Source of the DNA: Elainellaceae cyanobacterium
GTDB lineage: Bacteria; Cyanobacteriota; Cyanobacteriia; CAZCXK01
Reading direction: 5' to 3'
Length of the DNA: 64,000 nt
Assembly (NCBI GenBank): GCA_051117555.1
Contig: JBNPEG010000056.1
Coordinates: 1-64,000, forward strand
The position numbers were made by a program, and so were the translations under genes. The notes beneath the pieces are model-generated. The model had not been told where the DNA came from. It did no database searches and was given only the letters and a program-made list of their open reading frames with translations. The first letter of the stretch is position 1. Every line of letters begins with the position of its first letter. Positions 19,240 through 31,251 of this stretch are shown piece by piece.

Positions 19240-19811
19240 TAAACCCACACCTTAAACACATACCAGAAGTAGCCAGCATACACGAGCCCCACCATACCAA
19301 TGCTGATTCTGCCGGGGAGCGATTTATATATTTGAAATAGAATCACGCAACTCACCACCACGGCCAAAATTTCAATCAACGTAACGATGGTGCCATAGTG
19401 ATTAGGGTCCCAGTATGAGACAGGGCTGTAAAAGCGCCAATCTGAGAAAGGAAAGAAATGGCGATGGGCATCGTGGTGATGCAGCGGCAAGTCACCCGCA
19501 ATATGCAGCATCATGCTCGAAAAAAGTAGTATGCCAATCTGAGACCCTGCCCACGCACATACAACCAAGCCCAGGATCATCAACGGCAGTGAATTGAACA
19601 GATCAATGAAATTTTGCCATCCTTCTTGATAATACGATTTTGACCAGATAATCCGTTCTGGCGTTTTGAGGAGAACTTTCTCTACAAAGTAAAACGCAAA
19701 CATGGGTGCATCAGGCAATATGGCCCCGATGACAACTGGAGTTAACACGTGAGCATGATCGTGTTGCCCTAAGCACAGCAGATTGATGACGACATGAGCA
19801 GGAGTATTCAT
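19239..19811 (-). CDS. Putative membrane-bound metal-dependent hydrolase
   Basis: MNTPAH, GA.LPD, H...D...H..DAHRHF.P and SYWD motifs, with several TMs. Confidence 0.7.
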   Translation of the reverse strand: MNTPAHVVINLLCLGQHDHAHVLTPVVIGAILPDAPMFAFYFVEKVLLKTPERIIWSKSYYQEGWQNFIDLFNSLPLMILGLVVCAWAGSQIGILLFSSMMLHIAGDLPLHHHDAHRHFFPFSDWRFYSPVSYWDPNHYGTIVTLIEILAVVVSCVILFQIYKSLPGRISIGMVGLVYAGYFWYVFKVWV

Positions 19812-19900
19812 TCAGCGCACTGTAGTTGACAGAGTATCAAGACGTGTAATGCTCCTTACTGTAGCAAACACCGCAACGGCGATCGCCCGTTTTGCAGAAT

Positions 19901-21298
19901 CTAATTTGCCATCAAATCGTCTAATTCTTCGTAGTCTGGCAGTGTAGCATCAATGGCAGTTCCCCGGCGCACGACTGTGCGATCGCTCTGAGGACGAGAC
20001 AGCAGCTCACTGAAGCCCCGAGCCTTAAAAATCACAAAATCCGCAGACCGTCCAACGCCAATTTTCCCAATCTCAGGAAGCCCCATTAAGCTGGCAGGCG
20101 TGGATGTGATGGCGCGAGGCCAATCGCCATAGGGCGCGTCAAGATGTCCAATTCGGGCTGAGAGATTGAAGACTTCAAGGGCATCATGATCGCCAAAGCC
20201 ATGAAACGGATCGCGGCAGTTATCGCTGGCGATCGCCACTGGAATTCCATTCTCGCTGAGCTCATGCAGCAGCGTTACGCCTCTCCAACGCGGCATTTTC
20301 CCGGTCTGCAAGGGCTGGGATGAATCAGACGCAGATTGCACAAAATTCTGAGAGGCTTGCTGGTTGCGATCTTGCAGATAGAGGTTGCACAAGGGCAAGC
20401 TGACAATGCCAATATTTGCATCTTTAACGAGGTGGATGGTTTTATCAACATCACGGGGAGACTGCACGGCAAGGCTGCAACAGTGACCACAGACAATTTG
20501 CCCGTCAAACTGGTGACGCAATGCTGCCTGGGCAATGTGGCGTAGGGTAATGTCGTTGGGGTCGCCACTTTCGTCGGCGTGAAAGTCTAGATTGAGATTG
20601 CGCTCCTTAGCAAGGGTAAAGACTCGATCAAGCTGAGCATCTAGCTCAGGATTCATATACGCAACCCCTCCCAATACTCCTCCTACGTCCGCAACGCGAT
20701 CGGCAAGAATCTCTGCATCTGCGGTGAGGTAATAATCGAGTGACACCAAACACGCTGCTTGCAAGTTTATTCGGCCTGACCATTCACGGCACAGCGTCTT
20801 AAAGACGTCAAAGCTAATTGCGGCTTGCTCTCCAAACGAATCGAGATGGGTGCGAATTGCTTTTGTCCCGTGGACATAGCTGCACTTGAGGCCAAATTCC
20901 ATGCGACGGTAGACATCTTCAGCATCCCAATATGCCTCAGAATCAGCCCTGACAACCTGAAGCGCACCTGCAAATGTGCGATCGGGATTGGGAGCACGTT
21001 CCCAAATATGTCCTTTGTCAAGATGGGTGTGCATATCGACAAAACACGGCCATAGTTGCTTACGACGTAAATCAACCGAAGGGCGATCGCCCGCATCGAT
21101 GCTTCCAGTTCCAACGATCTGAGTAATGATTCCTTGCGTAATTTCCAGATCAACGGTGGCAAGGTATTCGCCTAGAAGCACAGCATGGGGGTGTTGGTAT
21201 GCAGAGGAAAGGATATCGGCATCCTCGGTCTCTAGCAGGGAAACGGGAATCTGGGCATTTTGGAGCCAATAGTGCTCCGCATTTGGAATCATCACCAT
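19901..21298 (-). CDS. Cytosine deaminase-like amidohydrolase
   Basis: DMHTHLDKGH, DFHADE, GHCCSL and SDN.RDPF motifs. Confidence 0.9.
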   Translation of the reverse strand: MVMIPNAEHYWLQNAQIPVSLLETEDADILSSAYQHPHAVLLGEYLATVDLEITQGIITQIVGTGSIDAGDRPSVDLRRKQLWPCFVDMHTHLDKGHIWERAPNPDRTFAGALQVVRADSEAYWDAEDVYRRMEFGLKCSYVHGTKAIRTHLDSFGEQAAISFDVFKTLCREWSGRINLQAACLVSLDYYLTADAEILADRVADVGGVLGGVAYMNPELDAQLDRVFTLAKERNLNLDFHADESGDPNDITLRHIAQAALRHQFDGQIVCGHCCSLAVQSPRDVDKTIHLVKDANIGIVSLPLCNLYLQDRNQQASQNFVQSASDSSQPLQTGKMPRWRGVTLLHELSENGIPVAIASDNCRDPFHGFGDHDALEVFNLSARIGHLDAPYGDWPRAITSTPASLMGLPEIGKIGVGRSADFVIFKARGFSELLSRPQSDRTVVRRGTAIDATLPDYEELDDLMAN

Positions 21299-21357
21299 TC
21301 AAAACTCATCATAGACATTCAAGCCTCTACACGACGGATGCTTAAATCACGCATCCC

Positions 21358-22224
21358 TTAATTTTCGGGTCTGATAGCGCTTTCGTGCCAGTGGCGCAGT
21401 GCAATATCCGATACCAGTGTCAGCGTCACGAAAAGCAACACTCCTAACATGGTAGTCATCACTAGCGCAGCAAACATGCGGGGAATCTGCAAATTGTAGC
21501 TCGACATCAAGATTTCATAGGCGATGCCAGAGCGCTGCCCGCCTGTACCTGCGACAAACTCTGCCACAACAGCACCGATTAGCGCTAACCCACCGCTGAT
21601 GCGCAACCCGCCTAAGAAGTATGGCATCGCACTTGGCAAGCGCAGATACCGCAGGGTTTGCCACCGAGAGGCGTTATAGAGCTTAAACAAGTTAACCAGG
21701 TTGTGGTCGGCGCTATTCAACCCCAGCGTCGTGTTTGAAATGATGGGAAACAACGCGACAATCCATGCGCAAACCACCAGAGCAGCAAATGTGTTGTTCT
21801 GAAGCCAGATGATGATTAACGGGGCGATCGCCACAATCGGTGTGGTTTGTAAGACGACTGCATAGGGAAACAGACTGCGCTCGATCCATTTGCTCTGGGC
21901 AAACAAAGTGGCGATCGCCAGCCCCGAGACAACGGCTGCCGCAAAAGCACATAGCGTAATTTGAAGGGTCACAATCAGCGACGGAAACAGCGTTGGCCAT
22001 TCTTTAATGAGCTCTTGAAACACTCGAATCGGGCCAGGCAACAGATACGGAGGCGTGTTCGTCACGCGGACCCCAATCTCCCATATGATTAACACTAAAA
22101 CCCCCACCGCGATTGGAGCTAATACATCGGGGGAAAGCAACATTTGTCTAAGCCGACTTACCCACATCACAGATGCTCTCTTTTGAGCGTCCTGATGGCG
22201 TTGAGAAATCGAAGAGGTTTGCAT
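21358..22224 (-). CDS. NitT/TauT-family ABC transporter permease
   Basis: QTTPIVAIAPL, EAA-like loop (LRLPSAMPY), GAVVAEF. Confidence 0.9.
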   Translation of the reverse strand: MQTSSISQRHQDAQKRASVMWVSRLRQMLLSPDVLAPIAVGVLVLIIWEIGVRVTNTPPYLLPGPIRVFQELIKEWPTLFPSLIVTLQITLCAFAAAVVSGLAIATLFAQSKWIERSLFPYAVVLQTTPIVAIAPLIIIWLQNNTFAALVVCAWIVALFPIISNTTLGLNSADHNLVNLFKLYNASRWQTLRYLRLPSAMPYFLGGLRISGGLALIGAVVAEFVAGTGGQRSGIAYEILMSSYNLQIPRMFAALVMTTMLGVLLFVTLTLVSDIALRHWHESAIRPEN

Positions 22225-22338
22225 GATATTGCACGCCTTTCACGCGATATCGAGTCGTAGATGGTACTGATTTTAAGATTTAAGCTATCAAAAGTCGGTG
22301 CTCTGCTTACCAATCTAGGGATCTAGAAAGGCTACATT

Positions 22339-22441
22339 ACACCAATTCTTCGAAGTAAGGCTACCAATGAATAGGCTAGAACCCTTGCAAGGCTGGTGGC
22401 CGTCAATCCAAAATCGCAAATCCAAAATCAAGAATCGGTAT
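22339..22441. mobile_element. MITE-like element, inverted copy of 19137-19239
   Basis: Reverse complement of the 19137 element, with imperfect TIRs. Confidence 0.75.
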
Positions 22442-22621
22442 TACGGTTCATCGGGTATCACTTCTTAAACAGTATCCTACTGGCGTGGCATAGCTAATTT
22501 GGTGGATTAAAGTAGGATGGGTTGAGGCACGAAACCCAACATCCATTTAATTGGAGCTCTGATGGATGCTACCTATTCCAGCAACTTGATTAGGATTAGC
22601 TGAGTGTATTTGAACAAGTAA

Positions 22622-22918
22622 GTGCCTCGCCAAGATATTGACCGAATTAGAGAAAAAATCAGACTTCGACAATACGATATGTCAGCCCATGCAATGGAAG
22701 AAATGGCTGAAGATTTGCTGGCCATAACAGATGTAGAGGAAGCTGTTCTGAACGGTCGAGTCATCCGAGTTGAAAAAGACGACCCCAGGGGCACAAAATA
22801 TGTAATGGTAGGGACTGCATTAGATCAACAAACAACTGTTGGAGTGGTTGGACGTTTCGCTAGTATCGGACATTATCTAATCATCACGGTTTATAAAGTC
22901 ACTGAACTTGAGGGTTAA
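22622..22918 (+). CDS. DUF4258 domain protein (putative RelE-like toxin)
   Basis: S.HA.EEM, D.EEA.LNG and IITVY pattern. Lies upstream of a YgiT zinc finger gene. Confidence 0.8.
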   Translation: MPRQDIDRIREKIRLRQYDMSAHAMEEMAEDLLAITDVEEAVLNGRVIRVEKDDPRGTKYVMVGTALDQQTTVGVVGRFASIGHYLIITVYKVTELEG

Positions 22919-22922
22919 TCAC

Positions 22923-23165
22923 ATGTACGGATACAAATGCGAATATTGTGAAGGAACTGTTCAACCCCGAACCGTTAAGCGCGAGGCATTCAAACATAGA
23001 GATGGATTTGTCATCCTCGAAGATGTGACAATCGGTGTTTGCGATACGTGTGGAAATCGGTACTACTCAGCCGATATCCTTCATGCAGTTCATGCTGTTG
23101 CAACTGGAGCGAAAGCTCCTGAGAGAACCGAACAGATTCCAGTCACTCATTTAGAATCAGCGTAA
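22923..23165 (+). CDS. YgiT-type zinc finger protein (MqsA-like putative antitoxin)
   Basis: CEYC...VCDTCG..YY motifs. Confidence 0.82.
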   Translation: MYGYKCEYCEGTVQPRTVKREAFKHRDGFVILEDVTIGVCDTCGNRYYSADILHAVHAVATGAKAPERTEQIPVTHLESA

Positions 23166-23172
23166 TCACGCC

Positions 23173-23258
23173 GTATAACAACGCCCATGCACCCGACCGT
23201 GTAGATGTATCTATTGGATGCAAAAGTTATCTGCGGCGGGGGATGGACACCGTTATTC
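23173..23258 (+). other. Integron attC-like recombination site
   Basis: GTATAAC 7 nt after the stop codon, 5-nt spacer, left arm CCAT[G]CACCCG[A]CCG, right arm CGGCGGGGGATGG, 5-nt spacer, GTTATTC. 86 bp in total. Confidence 0.65.
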
Positions 23259-23345
23259 TCAGAACTTGGGCGATCGCCATTATCAGGACATGAGCGATCG
23301 CGCTTTAAATGATAATGAGGTTGAGCTGCTCTTGAAAAACACATC

Positions 23346-24299
23346 GTGACTGAAACTCAGATTGAAATTTGCGTTGACGATGACGAGGCTGAACGTAACG
23401 CTGCGCCAAGACTGGATCGGTGGCTAGCAGAGCGGCTGCCCGATTTGTCGCGAGCTAGAATCCAAAAGTTGGTCGAGCAGGGGCACGTTTGGCTCAATGG
23501 AGAACTCTGCCAGCGCAAGAAGCAGGTTATTCAGGTGGGCGATCGCATTCAAATTGACATTCCCGAGACTCGTCCTCTCGATCTTCAACCCGAAACCATT
23601 CCCCTCGATATTCTCTACGAAGATGATGAGCTTCTCATCCTCAATAAGCCTATCGGCATGGTGGTTCATCCGGCTCCTGGGCATCCAACCGGAACATTAG
23701 TTCATGCGCTACTCGCATATTGTCCTGATTTATCAGGCATTGGAGGAGTCCAACGACCGGGCATCGTCCACCGACTTGATAAAGACACAAGCGGGGCGAT
23801 CGCCATTGCGAAAACCGAACGCGCCCATTATAGTTTGCAGGCTCAACTCAAAGCCAAAACCGCCCGACGCGATTATTTAGCCGTGGTCTATGGTGCGCCC
23901 GCCTCGTCTCAAGGAACAATTGATGCTCCGATTGGGCGACATCCGGGCGATCGCAAAAAGATGGGCATCGTCTCAGAAGACCGGGGCGGACGGCGAGCTA
24001 TCACCCACTGGCACGTCAGCGAGCGGTTAGGGAACTGCACCCTCATGCACTATCAGCTCGAAACGGGACGCACTCATCAAATTCGAGTCCATAGTGCCCA
24101 CATCGGACATCCCATCGTTGGTGACCCGGTATATGGAGCCGGGCGATCGGTGGGAGTGAATCTTCCAGGTCAGGCGCTCCATGCGTGGAAGCTGAGCCTC
24201 CAACATCCCGTGACAGGAGATTGGATTGTGGCGATCGCCCCTCCTCCCAATAGTTTTACAACGCTGGTGCGGATTTTGCGTCAGCGGGCGTTGTCGTAA
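23346..24299 (+). CDS. rluD: RluA/RluD family pseudouridine synthase
   Basis: S4 domain, HRLDKDTSG and GRTHQIRVH motifs. Confidence 0.92.
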   Translation: MTETQIEICVDDDEAERNAAPRLDRWLAERLPDLSRARIQKLVEQGHVWLNGELCQRKKQVIQVGDRIQIDIPETRPLDLQPETIPLDILYEDDELLILNKPIGMVVHPAPGHPTGTLVHALLAYCPDLSGIGGVQRPGIVHRLDKDTSGAIAIAKTERAHYSLQAQLKAKTARRDYLAVVYGAPASSQGTIDAPIGRHPGDRKKMGIVSEDRGGRRAITHWHVSERLGNCTLMHYQLETGRTHQIRVHSAHIGHPIVGDPVYGAGRSVGVNLPGQALHAWKLSLQHPVTGDWIVAIAPPPNSFTTLVRILRQRALS

Positions 24300-24392
24300 T
24301 TTTTTAGGAAGGTGAAGGTAGCCTTAATGGTGCGCTACGCTGGCGCTTTAGCGTAGCCCTGTCTGAAAGGCTATACAGCACCCTACTCCGCA

Positions 24393-24427
24393 TTCTGCCT
24401 TCTCCTTCTGCCTTTTGCCTTCTGCCC
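24393..24427. repeat. Heptameric short tandem repeats (TTCTGCC-like)
   Basis: About 5 units in the intergenic region before valS. Confidence 0.7.
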
Positions 24428-24515
24428 TGGCATCCTGGCAACAGAACGTGGCAAAATTTGAGGTAACGTTTAAGTAACTTAACCGTCGTCTGTCCTCATC
24501 TGAACCCTATTCTTC

Positions 24516-27233
24516 ATGACTGCAACGATTCCCACCCTGCCAAGTCAATACGACCCCTCGACAACAGAAGCCAAGTGGCAAGCCTATTGGGAAGATCATG
24601 AAGTCTTCAAGGCTAATCCTGATCATGGAGGCGAACCGTATTGCGTGGTGATTCCGCCACCCAATGTGACCGGTAGTCTGCACATGGGTCACGCGTTTGA
24701 GAACACCTTAATTGACGTGTTGGTGCGCTATCACCGCATGCGCGGTCGCAACACGCTTTGGCTTCCTGGAACTGACCACGCTAGCATTGCCGTTCAGACC
24801 ATCCTTGAAAGACAGCTCCGAGCCGAAGGCACCAATCGCGATGAGATTGGGCGAGATGCATTTCTCGAACGTGCCTGGACATGGAAAGAAGAATCAGGCG
24901 GTACGATCGTCGGGCAGTTGCGTCGTCTAGGTGTCTCAGTCGACTGGACTCGCGAACGCTTTACGATGGACGAAGGGCTGTCTAAAGCAGTGATTGAAGC
25001 GTTTACTCGTCTCTACACCGAAGGGCTGATTTATCGTGGCAATTACATGGTGAACTGGTGCCCTGCTAGCCAGTCTGCCGTGTCTGATTTGGAAGTCGAG
25101 AATAAAGAGGTGGATGGGCATCTCTGGCATTTTCGATATCCGTTTACCGATGACTCCGGATATGTCGAAGTTGCCACAACTCGTCCTGAAACTATGCTGG
25201 GAGATACGGCGGTTGCTGTGAACCCTAAGGACACGCGGTATAAGCATCTGATTGGCAAGACACTGCGGCTTCCGATTATGCATCGAGAAATTCCGGTGGT
25301 TGCTGATGAGTATGTTGATCCGGATTTTGGGTCAGGTTGCGTCAAGATCACACCGGGTCATGACCCGAATGACTTTGAGATGGGCAAGCGTCACAATCTG
25401 CCCATGATCAACATTCTGAATAAAGACGGCACGCTCAACGACAATGCTGGTCCCTTTGCTGGGCAAGACCGCTTCGAGGCTCGCAAGAATGTGGTGAAGC
25501 GGCTCGACGATGAGGGATTCTTGGTGCGAATCGAGGATCATCACCATGCGGTGCCCTACAGCGATCGCGGCAAAGTCCCAGTTGAGCCGCTGCTCTCGAC
25601 TCAGTGGTTTGTCAGAATCGAATCCTTGGCAAGTCGTGCCCTCAAGTTTTTAGAAGATCAGCAAGAGCCCATCTTTATCCCCGAACGGTGGACTAAAGTC
25701 TATCGGGATTGGCTTATGAGCCTCAAAGACTGGTGTATTTCGCGACAGCTTTGGTGGGGGCACCAAATTCCGGCGTGGTATACGGTCAGTGAAACGGGTG
25801 GCGCCATCACCGATGAGACACCTTTTATCGTTGCGGCGAATGAAACAGAGGCGATCGCCCAAGCCAAGCTCAAATATGGCGATCAGGTGCAGCTTGAGCA
25901 AGACCCCGACGTGCTCGACACCTGGTTTTCATCCGGGTTGTGGCCCTTCTCAACTATGGGCTGGCCCCAGCATACGAAGGATTTAGACACCTACTATCCA
26001 ACCACGACATTGGTCACAGGCTTTGACATTATCTTCTTCTGGGTTGCCCGCATGACAATGCTCGCCGGACACTTTACCGGTCAGATGCCGTTCAAAACGG
26101 TTTATATCCACGGGCTGGTTCGCGACGAGAACAACAAAAAAATGTCGAAATCGGCAAATAACGGTATCGATCCGCTGCTGCTGATCAATAAATATGGAAC
26201 CGATGCCCTACGCTATACCCTCGTCAAAGAGGTTGCTGGAGCTGGGCAAGACATTCGCCTCGAATACAACCGCAAAACGGACGAATCAGCATCGGTCGAA
26301 GCGTCACGCAACTTCACAAACAAGCTGTGGAACGCTGCACGCTTTGTGATGCTCAATCTGGACGGCAAGACGCCCACTCAACTGGGGCAGCCCAGTAAAG
26401 AGAGCCTAGAATTGAGCGATCGCTGGATTTTGTCACGGTTTTATCAGGTTGTTCACAAAAGCATCGACTACATCGACAATTTGGGGTTAGGTGAATCCGC
26501 AAAAGAGCTATACGAATTTATCTGGGGAGATTTCTGTGATTGGTACATTGAGTTAGTCAAATCTCGGCTCAATCAAGATATCCCGTCTCGGAGCGCCGCC
26601 CAGCAAACCCTCGCTTTCGTCCTCGATGGCATTCTTAAACTGCTGCATCCATTGATGCCCCACATTACTGAAGAAATTTGGCACACGCTCAACCAAGTTA
26701 GAGACGATCAGGTGTTGGCATTACAGTCTTACCCAGAACTGAATCCGGCATGGGTCGATCCGGCGCTTGAGCAAGAATTCGATTTAATCATCGGCGCGAT
26801 TCGCACGATTCGGAATTTACGCGCCGAAGCCGATATTAAACCTTCGATGAAGATTTCTGCCATATTGCAGAGCGAGAGCGATCGCGAACGACAAATTTTG
26901 ACAGCAGCGCAATCCTATATCCAAGATATCGCCCGCGTTGACGACCTTACCATTGCAGCGACAGCTCCTCCGCAAAAGATGTTTGCGGGAGTCGTGGGCA
27001 CGGTTCAAATCCTAATTCCTCTTGAAGGAGTAGTGGATGTCGAGGCATTACGGGCTAAGCTAGAGAAAGATCTAGGTAAAGTTGAATTGGAAATCAAATC
27101 ATTGGGTGGTCGCCTTGGCAATGTTAACTTTGTCAATAAGGCACCTGAAGAAGTTGTCCTGGGTGCAAGAGACGCTTTAGCAGAAGCTCAGAAGCAGGCG
27201 GAAATTCTGCAAAATCGACTAGAGCAGCTCTGA
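24516..27233 (+). CDS. valS: Valine--tRNA ligase
   Basis: [30 protein letters not shown] and a C-terminal coiled arm. Confidence 0.98.
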   Translation: MTATIPTLPSQYDPSTTEAKWQAYWEDHEVFKANPDHGGEPYCVVIPPPNVTGSLHMGHAFENTLIDVLVRYHRMRGRNTLWLPGTDHASIAVQTILERQLRAEGTNRDEIGRDAFLERAWTWKEESGGTIVGQLRRLGVSVDWTRERFTMDEGLSKAVIEAFTRLYTEGLIYRGNYMVNWCPASQSAVSDLEVENKEVDGHLWHFRYPFTDDSGYVEVATTRPETMLGDTAVAVNPKDTRYKHLIGKTLRLPIMHREIPVVADEYVDPDFGSGCVKITPGHDPNDFEMGKRHNLPMINILNKDGTLNDNAGPFAGQDRFEARKNVVKRLDDEGFLVRIEDHHHAVPYSDRGKVPVEPLLSTQWFVRIESLASRALKFLEDQQEPIFIPERWTKVYRDWLMSLKDWCISRQLWWGHQIPAWYTVSETGGAITDETPFIVAANETEAIAQAKLKYGDQVQLEQDPDVLDTWFSSGLWPFSTMGWPQHTKDLDTYYPTTTLVTGFDIIFFWVARMTMLAGHFTGQMPFKTVYIHGLVRDENNKKMSKSANNGIDPLLLINKYGTDALRYTLVKEVAGAGQDIRLEYNRKTDESASVEASRNFTNKLWNAARFVMLNLDGKTPTQLGQPSKESLELSDRWILSRFYQVVHKSIDYIDNLGLGESAKELYEFIWGDFCDWYIELVKSRLNQDIPSRSAAQQTLAFVLDGILKLLHPLMPHITEEIWHTLNQVRDDQVLALQSYPELNPAWVDPALEQEFDLIIGAIRTIRNLRAEADIKPSMKISAILQSESDRERQILTAAQSYIQDIARVDDLTIAATAPPQKMFAGVVGTVQILIPLEGVVDVEALRAKLEKDLGKVELEIKSLGGRLGNVNFVNKAPEEVVLGARDALAEAQKQAEILQNRLEQL

Positions 27234-27397
27234 TATACATTGCTAATGATCCTTGTTTCTGTGTAGTAGAAGATTTAATACGCCGTTTTGAGGAGGTGTC
27301 TGCTGATATCTTTACAGAATCCAGACATCTCTCATTAAATCCCTCACAAGAGATAGGGATATACTAGCTCACAAAGCTCGGCTACCCCTTCGTCAAC

Positions 27398-27955
27398 ATG
27401 TTCTATCTGGCTAAGGTGAAGAAAAAAGAGTTTGCAGGCAAGACAATGCTTCAGTTGCTTGCCCAGCAAAAGTCTGATCATTTTTGGGGGATTTCCCCTG
27501 ACGATGAAAGCATTCTGCCTGTAGACGTTGAGGACTACGGTGAGGGCAACCTGGTTTTAGTAGAGCTATCAGACTCTCGTGAGGTTCTTGCTGTTCAGGA
27601 TGCAACAGACTGGATACTTGAACTGGTTGAAAGTTATTTAGCCAGTGGGATCACGCCTGATCTGCTCCATCATGAGGCAGAACGGGTTGAGCAGTGGCGG
27701 CAGTCGCTGACATTGCAAAGTCAAGAAGTTGCTCGGAGAGCGTTAGAAATCGAAGCACGCCGCGATCAAATTCAAGAGTTAGAGAAAAACCTAAAGCAAG
27801 AACGGAAACAGCTTGAGCTGAACGCGATGGAAATCGAGACGCGCTATGCCGAAATGCAAGAAATTGATCGCAAGCTCCAGCAAGAGCGGCAACGCCTCGA
27901 ACTGATAGAAACTCGCCTAAAAGCTGGCCTCAAGGCCAACGGCTCGCCTACCTAA
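27398..27955 (+). CDS. Conserved cyanobacterial coiled-coil hypothetical protein
   Basis: M.YLA.V...L.LLA.Q N-terminus, EQWRQSLTLQSQE, coiled-coil tail. Confidence 0.75.
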   Translation: MFYLAKVKKKEFAGKTMLQLLAQQKSDHFWGISPDDESILPVDVEDYGEGNLVLVELSDSREVLAVQDATDWILELVESYLASGITPDLLHHEAERVEQWRQSLTLQSQEVARRALEIEARRDQIQELEKNLKQERKQLELNAMEIETRYAEMQEIDRKLQQERQRLELIETRLKAGLKANGSPT

Positions 27956-27974
27956 CCAGATATCTAGCTGGATA

Positions 27975-28307
27975 TCACACTAAGTCGAGCCGAAATTCAA
28001 CACCGCAACTTGCAAATCCGAGCTGGGTGTAAAGGCGATGAACATCGGATCGAGACGTTCGGCTCGTAGCAATCAGCTTATAGCACTGAAATTCGCTGGC
28101 AATATCGATGACCTGTTTAATTAGCCGAGTGCCATATCCTCTGCTGCGCTGGTCTTCGGAAACAAAAACGTCTTCGAGTAAGCCAAACGGTTCGGCGTGG
28201 AGGTCATTGTGCATGATGTACAAAAATGCATGAGCGACTTCATGTCCATCTTCCTCAATCGAGAAACGAATGCCCTTTGCATCAACCGGATGCCACCGAA
28301 TTGCCAT
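27975..28307 (-). CDS. GNAT family N-acetyltransferase
   Basis: EDVFV...RSRGYGT acetyl-CoA motif, CYK and LY..LGF. Confidence 0.85.
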   Translation of the reverse strand: MAIRWHPVDAKGIRFSIEEDGHEVAHAFLYIMHNDLHAEPFGLLEDVFVSEDQRSRGYGTRLIKQVIDIASEFQCYKLIATSRTSRSDVHRLYTQLGFASCGVEFRLDLV

Positions 28308-28384
28308 AGATGTTTAGGAGACGATTAAGGACGATTAAAATTATGAATTCATTACGGGAGAAATATCGCGGTGCAATGTCCCTA

Positions 28385-29182
<798 letters not shown>

Positions 29183-29425
29183 TCAATTATCTTAATACCA
29201 TTTGGGAACGGGGAGAAAAGGCCGACCTCAGAGAGCACCATACAAATTGCCATCAGCGTACCGCTATAAATCTGAGTAATTCTGACATTAAGCAATCCAA
29301 TCATTCTCGACCCATCTAGAAAATACTGGACTACGATCGAGCTAACCCTGCTCAACGCAGACTCTAGAACCTTTATTGGTCAATATCGTTCCATCAAGAG
29401 CTGAGACATTTCGGAGGCATTATCA

Positions 29426-29743
29426 ATGGCGACAAAGAAAAAATTCGGTAGTTTTCAAGAATTGCTGAGCGGAGCAGAACGCCCGGTCTTGGTTGATTTT
29501 TATGCGATGTGGTGTGGTCCGTGTCAAATGATGTCGCCCATTCTAGAGCAGGTCAATTCTCAGATGAAAGATAAACTGCAAGTCGTCAAAATTGACACAG
29601 AGAAATATCCTCAGCTATCGAGTCAGTATCGTATTCATGCCTTGCCGACCCTGGTGCTATTCAAAGACGGGCAGGAAGTCGATCGAGTCGAAGGGGTGAT
29701 GCCCGCAGATCGACTCGTTCAGTATTTACAAGCCCGTATTTAA
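29426..29743 (+). CDS. trxA: Thioredoxin
   Basis: WCGPC active site. Confidence 0.93.
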   Translation: MATKKKFGSFQELLSGAERPVLVDFYAMWCGPCQMMSPILEQVNSQMKDKLQVVKIDTEKYPQLSSQYRIHALPTLVLFKDGQEVDRVEGVMPADRLVQYLQARI

Positions 29744-29884
29744 ATCTCCTGCTACGTCACATCTATTACGTCAGTCATTTCACGACATCATCGAATGGTT
29801 AGAGTCTATGCCAATAAACCAACGCAGCGGGAAACTTCCTGTACAATCATTCCGTTGAGGTAAATTGGCACCATCTAGACCTTC

Positions 29885-31216
29885 ATGAGCAGCACACTTG
29901 CTGAATTTCTGACGGATCAACAGATTAGATATGTCCGCATCCTTTGGTGCGATAACGCTAATGTCATTCGGGGGAAGGCGTTTCATAGGGCATTTCTAAA
30001 TGAGCACGAAACACACGGCATTGGTATTTCAGCCGCTCAGCAAGCCATCCCTGTCATGTACGACGCGGTGGTCCCTGACAGCGGGTTAAGTCCGGTCGGT
30101 GAGGTGTGGCTGGTTCCCGATTGGTCAACTCTCAATCCCCTGCCGTATACTCTCAGACATGCCCGCGTGATTGGGGACATGTTTAAGGATGGAGAACCGT
30201 GGGCACTCTGCCCCCGCATCTTTTTGCGCCGCATGATTGCAGCCGCTGAAGACGTGGATTTGCAGATTATGGCGGCGTTTGAAAACGAATTTTATCTGTT
30301 GCGATCGCCCGACGACCTTACCCCATCCGACAACACCGTCTTTGCCTCGACGCTAGGCATGGATATCAATCATGCTGTAATTGATGACATCACAGATGCG
30401 CTCATTGCCCAAAGCATTCCGGTTGAGCGCTACTATGCTGAATCTGGCCCCGGACAGCACGAAATCGCGATCCGCTATACTCAGGCACTGCAAGCAGCCG
30501 ATCGCCAAATCGCGTTTCGAGAAACTGTACATGGTGTAGCGCTGCGTCATGGGCTGCGGGCGTCATTTTTGCCCAAACTGTTTGAAAATCATGCCGGGAA
30601 TGGGTGCCACCTGCATCTGAGCATTTGGCGGGAAGGGGTCAACTTGATTCCTGACCCTCGGGAGGGGCGATCGCTCTCTCCGATTACGAGCGCATTTCTC
30701 GCAGGCATTTTAGACCACCTCCCGGCGCTGATGGCGCTGACGACTCCTAGCCCCAATTCATATCGCCGCCTCAAGCCCCACTTTTGGAGCGGAGCGTTTC
30801 GCTGTTGGGGGTTTGATAACCGCGAGGCCGCGATTCGGGTTCCTAATAACCCATCGGCTCCTAGCCCAACTCATATTGAGCTAAAAACCATCGATGCTTC
30901 GGCAAATCCTTACCTAGCCCTTGGTGCGGTCATTGCGGCTGGGCTTGATGGCGTTCAACGCAATCTGTCGTTGAGCCAACCTACAGATTGTGATCCAGGA
31001 TATCTGTCTGAATCAGAACGGCGCGATCGCCAGATTATTCGGCTGCCCCAAAATCTGAGCGAGGCGATCGCCCAGTTATCTCAAAATTCAGTTCTGCTGA
31101 ATGCACTGGGAGCCGATCTCGCGCAGGCATTTCTTGCCGTCCGCAAGGCGGAGTGGGAGGCGTTGAAAGATATGCCCCTCGAAGACGAAGCCACCCTCCT
31201 GCTAGAGCGCTATTGA
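29885..31216 (+). CDS. Glutamine synthetase-like protein (gamma-glutamyl ligase/FluG C-terminal type)
   Basis: E.EF, E.GPGQ.E, G.G.H.H.S, NRE..IR and NPYL motifs. Divergent from canonical GlnA. Confidence 0.88.
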   Translation: MSSTLAEFLTDQQIRYVRILWCDNANVIRGKAFHRAFLNEHETHGIGISAAQQAIPVMYDAVVPDSGLSPVGEVWLVPDWSTLNPLPYTLRHARVIGDMFKDGEPWALCPRIFLRRMIAAAEDVDLQIMAAFENEFYLLRSPDDLTPSDNTVFASTLGMDINHAVIDDITDALIAQSIPVERYYAESGPGQHEIAIRYTQALQAADRQIAFRETVHGVALRHGLRASFLPKLFENHAGNGCHLHLSIWREGVNLIPDPREGRSLSPITSAFLAGILDHLPALMALTTPSPNSYRRLKPHFWSGAFRCWGFDNREAAIRVPNNPSAPSPTHIELKTIDASANPYLALGAVIAAGLDGVQRNLSLSQPTDCDPGYLSESERRDRQIIRLPQNLSEAIAQLSQNSVLLNALGADLAQAFLAVRKAEWEALKDMPLEDEATLLLERY

Positions 31217-31251
31217 TGGGCGATAGTATTTGAATACTTTGACGAATTGTT

